Assembly (NCBI GenBank): GCA_002269645.1
Contig: NIVC01000440.1
Span: 372,001-436,000 of the forward strand
Reading direction: 5' to 3'
DNA from: Macrostomum lignano
Lineage: Eukaryota
Length of the DNA: 64,000 nucleotides
The translations under genes and the position numbers were made by a program. Below, piece after piece: positions 1 to 11,809 of the stretch. Numbering within the stretch: position 1 is the first letter of the stretch; each line of letters begins with the position of its first letter. The notes under the pieces were generated by a model. That model was given only the letters and a program-made list of their open reading frames with translations. It was not told the origin of the DNA and searched no databases.

Positions 1-2675
1 CCTGGGTAGGTCCATGGCAATCGGTGTTGCACCGTCGGCGACTCCAGCTGTCAGGCCACATCATCCTCGCCATGTCGTACTCTCCATAGACGGTGCAGGA
101 GGGGCTGCTGCTGACTATGCAGGCGCCATACCGGCGGGGACAGGTAGGCATTTAGCTGCTGGCTGATGCCGACACACACTGTGACGCTGCTTTGATTTTA
201 AGACCTGATTTTGTTGCTGTCGATGTGATGAGAAGTCGCATTATGATAGAGTTTGTTACACTTCATCCTGTCACATTCAGCTCGTTCGTCAACCATGCAT
301 GTACGTCTATTTGGTAGCTAGGCGACTACAGGTAGACCAACATCTATTGATCATCGTCAGTGTTACATGAGCTAAATGAATTTAGAATTTTCAACTTCTT
401 ATGCATTGCAATTACGAAAACCCAAGGCTGCTATGAAATGACTTATTAATTGCTTCTTTGGTGATGTCACCACGATGTGAAATCTCTTTTTCGAGATTGA
501 AAAATCTCTTGAAATCGAAATTTCACAACGTTGATATTTTACAAAATCGAAAGGCATACAGCGAGATTCAAACTGTCAATCAAATTAGCTCGTAAATCTG
601 AGATAATTAGATAGTTTACCTAGATAATGGAATGTACGAGTATAATTAATAGCTACGGGCTGGACGACTTGGATTAAATATCTAGATGAGGGTGGATAAG
701 ATTCGTCGTGAAAGCTACCGCGAGTAGTAGTTCAATATATTGCAACAAGAAGTTCAACTTCAGTAGGGAAATTCCTTAATGCTTTGTCGCGTACGCTTAG
801 CGCTGAAGCTCAAATGCTAAATATAGAAATATGAGTAGAGTCCCTTCAGATTCAACCTCACCTCAGACATTCGACAGAAAAATAATGTATAAATGCCGTA
901 ATTGCAAGCAGATTTCTTTAGCTAGAAGCACTACTTTGTCTTCTTGGCAATGCTTGCATTGTTTATAATAACTGCTGTTTCCCGAAAAGATCTTGGTTAA
1001 ATTCATACAAAAAGCCTTATTTGTCATCAAACGGTTGGAATTCCGAGCCGACTTTTGGAGCATCGATCGAAATACTCTCCGTGAGTATCATCACTATCAG
1101 CATTTTTATTGCAACTTGTTGACTCGCTGAAGACTACTTAAAGTAAGTTATCGCGCATTTTACAACAGTATGTCTAATTGTCAACTTAGCGTGGGAGCTT
1201 TACAAGCGACAAGTTTCAATACTGTATTAAACATTTCTAATTTCATTAAGCGATGTCTAATGATAAACTTGCTAATAGAATCTAAATTGCAACTGCGTAA
1301 ACAATACACAGTGTTGATTTTTAGCTCTTTAACTAATACGAGTAGAGATTTAGAGCCTGCTCAAAACAGAAAAAAGTATACGCTTTTTTAGGCAGTGACG
1401 TCATCTAGCTTTGACCAGCCCACTAAAAATGCAATGCCTTGCTTTCGCATTGCTCGTATCTAAACTGTACGGCATCACAAGATGTACAGTGTTAGAGTTA
1501 CGAGTCTCGGTTTCTATTTTAAAGTAGAGTTGACAAGTATTACAGTATGCACTGCTTTTGGTTGGCTTTGGTATCTCTATTTTGATTATCATTGCATATT
1601 ATAAAGTCTCAGCTGTTAAGTATTGAATTGGCTAGATAACAGGTCAGCGAAGCCACCTCATTTTTGTTTCAAGTAGCTAACTTAATGATATTGCGTGTTT
1701 TACAGGTACTGTATAATTTTTTCTGCGTAGAACTCCCCCCTAGCGAATGCATGCAGTGTTAATACTGTACATGTACAACTCACTCTACTGACCAGCTAGT
1801 CTTGTTAAACAGTAGGTTCTTGACGAGAACTAACGCTATTTTTCATTTTGCAACAAACCAACTTGTGTCCGCGTCCAATGTAGAATTTACATCGAATTCA
1901 AAAGTTTGTTGCACATTATGACCAAACCATGTACACTAGTCTAAGTAGCATCACGTGACCCCCCAATATAAGAATCTCGCTGTTCGCGCTGGCTGCTTCA
2001 GCAATTAACTGTCACGGCATGCACATTCTGCAACCCTTTACTCTTTTAAACTTCACCCCCCCCCCTACAACCCCCGCCAGCCCAAAGGGACAGAGCCCGG
2101 AAAAGAGCGCAACGGCGGAAAGACAGACGACATACACACCATGCCCGAGGTCCGGTCCTGGCGGGGGTTGGGGGTTGGGCGGGTGTCGGAAACGAGAGAG
2201 AGAGAGAGGGGTGCAATTAGCAAGACCGAAATGCAAGGCCAGAGAGTGCTGGAGAGAGGTTGCACAGCGGCAAACTGCAATAGAGAATGCAATGATTTGG
2301 TCTCTAGGCTGGAGAGTGGAGACGGACCCAAGCACCATGTGACGTGCAGCTAAAAGGGGCTAGAACACTGCACCAACGGTGGTAAGATAGAAGACAGCAG
2401 CCCCCCTCCGCCATAGCTCATTTAGGCAAGGGTCGAATTGCACTGCAGCACGGTGTTGTTGAATCAATGGCTAACTTTGGTCGCCAACCCTCCCCCCCCC
2501 CCTTCGAACCCCAAGGCAATATAGTGTGCTTTCCATGTATATAAAATGGAGACCAAATGGAAAAAGCCTTCAATAATATTGCGAAAATATCTGCCTCTCT
2601 TTCTCCGGTACCGCGTATTCGGTTTCACTTCTGAGCATTTAATTTGCTAAAGTAAAGTTATAGGCATATAGCTGA

Positions 2676-3371
<696 letters not shown>

Positions 3372-4908
3372 AAATTTGTGAATGGGTTTTCCTGTGAATG
3401 ACGCCGATAGCCACAAAACTTATGCGTAACTTCCGATCTGATTGGAGTATGCCCTGCTTTTGTCAGTTCGTTCATTATTATAACAAACAGTTTGAATTCA
3501 CGCCAAAATTCGGAAATCATTAAAATCTTATTTTCTTTTACAACGTTTTACTTCTTCATAGTTTTATCTAGCCTATAAAGTAATAAAGAGTAGAAGTCTA
3601 TCCGAACATTGATTTCCAAGTTTGGCGCTAATTCAAATTTTTATAATAATTAACGAATGAGACGCGAACATATAGGTGCGTTTGTACATGCCCGAGATCA
3701 ACTGCATGTGATAGCACGTTCATTGCGTTGCCGCGCTTGTTCTTTTTTGCAAAGACTAAAACTCGTGATTATACTAATATTATTTATAAATAGGATGTAC
3801 CAACCGATCCTGGAGCAACTATATGAAACGTACATGTGTACATTGCACTGTACACGCAACGCGTAGCTCGCAACAATCGACGCTCCTCTGCAGACTGCGT
3901 ATAAATAATTGCTTTTAAACTTTCAGTAAATTTTGTTATTTTTTATCGAATATCCCTGTTGAAAACAACATATAATTAGCACAACAATACATTACGGACT
4001 CACTGAACTTACGATTATAAGTGCTCTCTCGAATAATGCTCACTACAAACAACTAAAACATCAGTTGACTTGGAACACTCACATTGTTTTGTAGCACATG
4101 CCTTACTGTTCTTTTTTACTTTTCTAACCAGCTGCTTTTAGACTCGAATTTCATAAAATTGTGCACATGTGCATGCAGGTGATGCCACGGTGCAAATTTA
4201 TTTTGTAGTTTGAGCTGTTTCTACTTGAAACAACAAGCAGACACCTACATGTAACTCTCAGTTAGTTTAGTCTGCAAAAATGTCACTCGACATGACAAGC
4301 GATCAAGACAAAACATTAGAAAAAGCAAATTATCCGACTTGCCATATTTCTGCTAATGCTTATAAGCAATCCAGTTTTGAGAACAGAAGGAAGCTGAACA
4401 CACACACGCCAATCTCCATCAAAAATCTATATTTATGTGACGTGCCCACCATGTGTCGCCAAGTAATTACAGTATGCCTAAAGGATTCACATCGCTTCAA
4501 CCAGAAAATTAACAATCAAATCTGAACAAAACGAAAACAAAATTAATCACATATGGGATTCCAATGCAGCGAGGCTTGGTTTTAATTGCAAACACAAATA
4601 TTCAATATAAATATTAACCATAGAATACTATTGCATAATAATATAACAGTAATAATACTTAAGAAGCACAGCTGGGCAGTGTATTGCAATATTTTTTTAC
4701 TGTATGCAAAAAGCAAAACAAGCTGATTAGTACAAAATACAACACCGATTTTGATCAGCACGTGCCGAGGCACCACCAGGGCGCTAGGGGTTTCGTAGAA
4801 TTTGAACTCGCATGAAATTGCATGATTAATAAATACGTTGGGCATAGATATGATTATGCTAATGACTGCGGGAGACCAGATGCAAATGAAATCACAAGGA
4901 AAGACGAA

Positions 4909-4944
<36 letters not shown>

Positions 4945-4945
4945 G

Positions 4946-5033
<88 letters not shown>

Positions 5034-5068
5034 GCCAGATAGACAGACAGACAGACAGGCAGGCAGGC

Positions 5069-5109
<41 letters not shown>

Positions 5110-5110
5110 G
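4909..5110. repeat. (AGAC)n microsatellite
   Basis: About 50 tandem AGAC units with a few variants. Confidence 0.97.
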
Positions 5111-5789
5111 TCCCAATAAGCAGTAAAACACGGTCAGCCAGCCACAGGGTCAGCTGTAACAAGAACAGCAACAACAACAACTAATCGTTTAATTTTACAG
5201 ACGACTCATTGAAAAAGCTCATATTCGTGCAGGTGCCAACAATACTACTCGGTACTAATAGAACGGAATGCACCGCTCAATAAGTAGTGGTTAATGGTAA
5301 AAGCGGGCATCGGATGCACCAAGCTGATGAGACTGCAGTGGAGAATCAATGTGTGCACAGTGGCTAACAGATTATTAAATAATCAACCAATCATTGCTAA
5401 CAGATTGAGCCGATAAACATTTACTATATTGATTGAAATACTACTAAAACTGAAAAAAGTAGTATCTACAGACTAAAATGTTAATTGCATTTCATATATT
5501 CATATACCCTTAAGTCGATTTCAGATGACAAATTAGATGATTAAATTAAAGCTAAAATATATTACTTTAGTAAATTTGGAATGCATGGAGAGTGGCATGC
5601 GGCTGAGGTATGCGGTAAAACAACACGAGCTACTCATGATAAAATGTTATAGCAGAAGAAACAGAATAATTATGATTGAAGTCGATTACTTCGAAGACTG
5701 ACATGAACCGTAGCAATGTAACAGGTAGATGTATAATGCTGAAAGTTGCGATTTGTGAGATTCAAGCCATTGTGGCAAAATTCTTCAAC

Positions 5790-6778
5790 TGGATTCTGAG
5801 CTGCGATTCTCTCAGTGGATTAGGGGCGATTCTCTGGCTGGATTAGGGGCGATTCTCTCAGTGGATTAGAGGCGATTCTCTGGCTGGATTAGGGCGACTC
5901 TACAACTGAATTAGGGGCGATTCTCTCAGTGGATTAGAGGCGATTCTCTGGATGGATTAGGGCGACTCTACAACTGAATTAGGGGCGATTCTCTCAGTGG
6001 ATTAGAGGCGATTCTCTCAGTGGATTAGGGGCGATTCTCTATGGATTAGGGGCGATTCTCTATGGATTAGAGGCGATTCTCTCAGTGGATTAGGGGCGAT
6101 TCTCTATGGATTAGAGGCGATTCTCTCAGTGGATTAGGGGCGATTCTCTATGTGTATTAGAGGCGATTCTCTAACAGGATTAGGGGCGATTCTACAACTG
6201 AATTAGGGGCGATTCTCTACGTGGATTAGAGGCGACTCTCTCAGTGGATTAGGGGCGATTCTCTATGGATTAGAGGCAATTCTCTCAGTGGATTAGGGGC
6301 GATTCTCTATGTGGATTAGAGGCGATTCTCTAACAGGATTAGGGGCGATTCTCTAACTGGATTAGGGGCGATTCTCCATGTGGATTAGAGGCGATTCTCT
6401 GGCTGGATTAGGGGCGATTCTTTAAGTGGATTAGGGGCGATTCTTCAAATGGATTAGGGGCGATTCTTTAAGTGGATTAGGGGCGATTCTTTCAGTGGAT
6501 TAGGGGCGATTCTGTAAGTGGATTAGGGGCGATTCTTTAAGTGGATTAGGGGCGATTCTTCAAATGGATTAGGGGCGATTCTTTAAGTGGATTAGGGGCG
6601 ATTCTTTCAGTGGATTAGGGGCGATTCTGTAAGTGGATTAGGGGCGATTCTTTAAGTGGATTAGGGGCGATTCTTCAAATGGATTAGGGGCGATTCTTTA
6701 AGTGGATTAGGGGCGATTCTCTAAGTGGATTAGGGGCGATTCTCTAAGTGGATTAGGGGCGATTCTCTAAGTGGATTA
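5790..6778. repeat. ~22-23 nt minisatellite GTGGATTAGGGGCGATTCTCT(N)
   Basis: Tandem units visible throughout; lies downstream of the cyclin Y stop codon. Confidence 0.95.
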
Positions 6779-6913
6779 TAAGTGGAGTGAGGGGCGGTTC
6801 CTTAGGCATAATAAATGAGCCATGTTCAAGTGAAAATTAGGCCTAAGCAGACAAATAAGCAGTTACAAAAAGCAAAATTGGACTCAATGAAGACAGCAGA
6901 CTCAGCAGCGCCA

Positions 6914-9306
6914 TCAGGACAGGACAAACCGGACAGGCGCTCGAGCCTCATCACCCAGTGAGTTTCCCCGCTTGAGTCGCTTGCCGCCGCTACGCTTCTG
7001 TGCTCGACCGGAACTAGTCGATAGGGAGGCCTGCGCCACTGGCCGCTGGCCAGTAGGTCCAATCAGCTCCAGGCGGTCCGCGCCCTCTCTGCTCAAAGGC
7101 ACTGGCGATGGCGCCGATGCGGACAATGAGTTGGCGCCGGCCTCGTGGTTTGACAGCATGGCGCGGATGTCGAAGTAGTACCTGTGCGAATTGGGATTGA
7201 TGGCGCTAAAGTAGATTAGGTGGCGCCAAAGTGGACTGGGCGGCGCCAAAGTAGACTCGGTGGCGCCAAAGTGAATGTGTGGCGCCAAAGTAGACTGCGC
7301 CAAAGTAGACTGGGTGGCGCCAAAGTAGACTGCGTGGCGCCAAAGTGGACTGGGTGGACTGGGTGGATGAGTGGCGCCAAATTGAATGAGTGGCGCCAAA
7401 GTGAATGTGTGCGCGAAAGTAGACTGGGTGGCGCAAGTAGACTGGGTGGCGCAAGTAGACTGGGTGGCGCAAGTAGACTGGGTGGCGCAAGTAGACTGGG
7501 TGGCGCAAGTAGACTGGGTGGCGCAAGTAGACTGGGTGGCGCAAGTAGACTGGGTGGCGCAAGTAGACTGGGTGGCGCCAGAGTGGATGAGATGGCGCTA
7601 AAGTAGACTGGGTGGCGCCAAAGTAGACTGGGTGGCGCCAAAGTAGACTGGGTGGCGCCAAAGCAGACTGGGTGGCGCAAAGTAGACTGGGTGGCGCCAA
7701 AGTAGACTGGGTGGCGCCAAAGTAGACTGGGTGGCGCCAAAGTAGACTGGGTGGCGCCAAAGTAGACTGGGTGGCGCCAAAGTAGACTGGGTGGCGCCAA
7801 AGTAGACTGGGTGGCGCCAAAGTAGACTGGGTGGCGCCAAAGTGAATGTGTGGCGCCAAAGTGAATGTGTGGCGCCAAAGTGAATGTGTGGCGCCAAAGT
7901 GAATGTGTGGCGCCAAAGTGAATGTGTGGCGCCAAAGTGAATGTGTAGCGCCAAAGTAGACTGGGTGGCGCCAGAGTGGACTGGGTGGCGCCAAAGCGGA
8001 CTGGGTGGCGCTGAATAGAATCGGGTGACCCAAACTCGCGCGCAACCCCAAAGCAGTTCACAGTTACTATACCTGGCGTACACTGAGGCGGGCACATTAA
8101 TGTTAAATTGTATCAGCTCCAGGTATTTCCGTTCCAATTCGTTCATATCCTCAACCCTGGCGTCCTTGAGTATCTGGCAGAAGTCAACGTTCCAAACGGC
8201 CTGATCGTCCCACACTTTACTGGCCAGGAGGATGGCGCCAAGGAGGCAGCGGCGCCAGGTGTTTGGCTGCAGTTCGATCTCTGCGGCCGCCATCAGGCGC
8301 TCCAGGTAGACCAGGGAGATGATGGCGCACTCGGCAGTGAGCTGGGCTGAGCAGAACAGAGTGCGGACGAACCTGCCACGGTGCCGAAATCAGTTAAGAA
8401 TTGGGGGCTTCCGGTTTCAACTTTTAATTTGATTTTTTGGCCATCTTATGACCTTCATTTGTGCCTTGATGACCTTTACTTGTGCCCCGATTACCTTAAC
8501 TGCTCCTATGACCTTCATTTGTGCTTCTATGACCTCTTGTGCCCCATGACCTTCACTTGTACCCATACGACCTTCCTTTGTGCTCCTATGACCTTTAATT
8601 GTGCCCCTATGATCTCCAATTGCTCCCCATGACCATCAATTGTCCCACATGACCTTCACCTGTACTAATATACGACCTTCATTTGTGCTCCCGATGACCT
8701 TCACTCGCGCGCCTGCTCGCACCTGTACACAGTCCGATGATCCGGCCGTCGAGTGGCCGCCTCGGCAGCCTCGGCTCCGCGCTGCAGCGGATGCACCAGC
8801 TCGTCAAAGATGGCCGCAGCCTCAAAGACTCGATGCTGCTGCTGTTGCTGCTGCTGCTGTACATGGTAATAAACGGCCAGAGCCAGGCCTCGAACCGCCG
8901 GCTTGAGCTGCGGCTGCCACACTGTTGAATCGCCTTCGGGCACGATAATATGCGAGCAGGAGCTGCAGGTGCGCAGGCTGGCCCGGCCTAGGATAGCTGA
9001 GGCCCCAGCAGCCGATGAGGTCATAGCCGCAGGGTTGGTGGGCCTCCGCCGGAGCCCCTTGACAAAAATAGGCTGCACAGTGGGGTTAATACTGGGATCC
9101 GTGGCGTCTTCAACTGGCTCGCGATCGTTGATGTGCTCAACTCGGGGACTGCCGCTGTTATTGTTGTTGCTGCCCGAGTCCGGCTGGTAATAATTCGGCC
9201 ATTTGCCGTTGCCGCTGAATGTTACGGAGCCGTCTCGGCCGCTGCCGCCACCGCCGCCGTGGCCGCTGCCAGGTTTGAATTGGCAGCAGGAGAGACCGTT
9301 GCCCAT
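6914..9306 (-). CDS. CCNY: Cyclin Y-like protein (383 aa, 3 exons)
   Basis: Exons 9306-8723, 8372-8073 and 7181-6914 total 1152 nt in frame, all GT-AG. N-terminus MGNGLSCC (myristoyl/palmitoyl motif as in CCNY); cyclin box [74 protein letters not shown]. Confidence 0.95.
7200..8012. repeat. 19-20 nt minisatellite GGGTGGCGCCAAAGTAGACT in CCNY intron 2
   Basis: Tandem array fills most of intron 8072-7182. Confidence 0.95.
8447..8705. repeat. ~21 nt degenerate minisatellite ATGACCTTCACTTGTGCCCC in CCNY intron 1
   Basis: About 12 degenerate units; the same family recurs at 15083-15305. Confidence 0.88.
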
Positions 9307-9377
9307 GCTCAGTGGCCGCTAGGGGGCTGAGGGTTGAGAAGATAAGATTGTTTGTTATTAAAGCTGCTTCTTACAAT

Positions 9378-10312
9378 AACAACACTGGATAATAGTCTAT
9401 GGTCTGTCTCACTAGCAACACTGGATAATAGTCTATGGTCTGTCTCACTAGAAACACTGGATAATAGTCTATGGTCTGTCTCACTAGCAACACTGGATAA
9501 TAGTCTATGGTCTGTCTCACTAGCAACACTGGATAATAGTCTTTGGTCTGTCTCACTAGCAACATTGGATAATAGTCTATGGTCTGTCTCACTAGCAACA
9601 CTGGATAATAGTCTTTGGTCTGTCTCACTAGCAACATTGGATAATAGTCTATGGTCTGTCTCACTAGCAACACTGGATAATAGTCTTTGGTCTGTCTCAC
9701 TAGCAACAATGGATAATAGTCTTTGGTCTGTCTCACTAGCAACACTGGATTATAGTCTTTGGTCTGTCTCACTAGCAACAATAGATAATAGTCTATGGTC
9801 TGTCTCACTAGCAACACTGGATTAATCGTTTTTGGTCTATCTCACTAGCAAAACTGGATGATAGTCTATGGTCTCACTAGCAACACTGGATAATAGTCTA
9901 TGGTCTGTCTCACTAGCAACTACACTGGATAATAGTCTATGGTCTGTCTCACTAGCAACACTGGATAATAGTCTATGGTCTGTCTCACTAGAAACACTGG
10001 ATAATAGTCTATGGTCTGTCTCACTAGAAACACTGGATAATAGTCTATGGTCTGTCTTACTAGAAACACTGGATAATAGTCTATGGTCTGTCTCACTAGC
10101 AACACTGGATAATAGTCTATGGTCTGTCTCACTAGCAACAATGGATATTAGTCTATGGTCTGTCTCACTAGCAACAATGAATATTAGTCTATGGTCTGTC
10201 TCACTAGCAACACTGGATAATAGTCTATGGTCTGTCTCACTAGCAACACTGGATATTAGTCTATGGTCTGTCTCACTAGCAACAGTGGATAATAGTCTTT
10301 GGTCTGTCTCAC
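9378..10312. repeat. 36 nt minisatellite AACACTGGATAATAGTCTATGGTCTGTCTCACTAGC
   Basis: About 25 head-to-tail near-identical units, no spacers; starts ~70 bp upstream of the CCNY ATG. Confidence 0.96.
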
Positions 10313-10789
10313 ATAGATAGATAGATAGATAAACAGATCGATACGAGCTAGATAGTCCTTATACTTATTCTCCCTACTGACAGATGTTACTAAGCCAAAA
10401 CTCAAATCTCTAAGCCAAGAATAAAGCACAAAGGCGGCATTATAAAACTGAAAATGGATGAAAATGCAAGGTATATATTACTGCGCATCTTGTTGCATAC
10501 GCGGTAAAAATATTTCTATAACACAGGAAGCCATAAAATAGAAATAAATGCACGCATCTGCTCTTGCAAAGCAGGTCAAAACAAATCCGCACTTCTACAG
10601 GTAAATAATGGAATACTTTTAAAAATATCTTAATAAAAAAAATAGCAACCAGGAAAAAATTTAATCACTGCGTGTGTAAAATACAGATACAATAACGAAA
10701 TGCAACCACTTCATAGTGACGTCATAAAATAAGCGGAGTGATTTACAGAAGATAAGCTTTCTTTCATCCTTCATTTCTTTTTGTTCTCC

Positions 10790-11695
10790 CTACTCTCTAT
10801 CTCACCATATCTCTCTGTCGTCTATCTCACCATATCTCTCTGTCGTCTATCTCACCATATCTCTCTCGTCTATCTCACCCTATCTCTCTCTCGTCTATCT
10901 CAACATTTTCTCTCTCTCGTCTATCTCATTCTATCTCTCTCGTTTATCTCACCATATATCTCTCGTCTATCTCTCCCTCTCTGTCTATCTCACACTCTCT
11001 CTCTTTTTTCTCACCCACTTTCTTATCGATCTCACCCACTCTCTGCAGTCTATCTCACCCACTCTCATCTATTTCACCCACATTCTCCAGTCTATCTCAC
11101 CCACTCACTCTCTCCAGTCTATCTCACCCACTCTCTCCAGTCTATCTCACCCACTCTCTCCAGTCTATCTCACCCACTCTCTCCAGTCTATCTCACCCAC
11201 TCTCTCCAGTCTATCTCACCCACTCTCTCCAGTCTATCTCACCCACTCTCTCCAGTCTATCTCACCCACTCTCTCCAGTCTATCTCACCCACTCTCTCCA
11301 GTCTATCTCACACACTCTCTCGTCTATCGCACCCACTCACTCTCTCCAGTCTATCTCACCCACTCTCTCCAGTCTATCTCACCCACTCTCTCCAGTCTAT
11401 CTCACACACTCTCTCGTCTATCGCACCCACTCACTCTCTCCAGTCTATCTCACCCACTCTCTCCAGTCTATCTCACCCACTCTCTCCAGTCTATCTCACA
11501 CACTCTCTCGTCTATCGCACCCACTCACTCTCTCCAGTCTATCTCACCCACTCTCTCCAGTCTATCTCACACACTCTCTCCAGTCTATCTCACCCACTCT
11601 CTCCAGTCTATCTCACCCACTCTCTCCAGTCTATCTCACACACTCTCTCCAGTCTATCTCACCCACTCTCTCCAGTCTATCTCAACCTGGTCTAT
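10790..11695. repeat. 23 nt pyrimidine-rich minisatellite CCAGTCTATCTCACCCACTCTCT
   Basis: Tandem array between the USP8 stop and CCNY. Confidence 0.93.
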
Positions 11696-11809
11696 TTCTG
11701 ATTTATCTCATTATATCGCGACTCCTATCTCACTTACCCAAATCGGCTAAAATTTACCCAAGAAAACAGACAGTTAAGCGCAAAACAAATTAAAAAAAAA
11801 TCGAATCTC

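Noticed and set aside
2-167. GC-rich open frame at the window start
   Set aside because: Could be the end of an exon, but there is no recognisable motif and frame and strand are ambiguous.
2012-2353. Cluster of overlapping 70-108 aa ORFs
   Set aside because: No homology signal or splice support; more likely upstream regulatory or repeat DNA.
5324-5345. CTGATGA hammerhead ribozyme core
   Set aside because: No GAAA element or compatible stems follow.
7206-8097. Long repetitive ORFs overlapping CCNY intron 2
   Set aside because: Stop-free translation of a minisatellite.
9378-10312. 36 nt repeat resembling a CRISPR array
   Set aside because: Units are head-to-tail with no unique spacers, there are no cas genes, and the context is eukaryotic.
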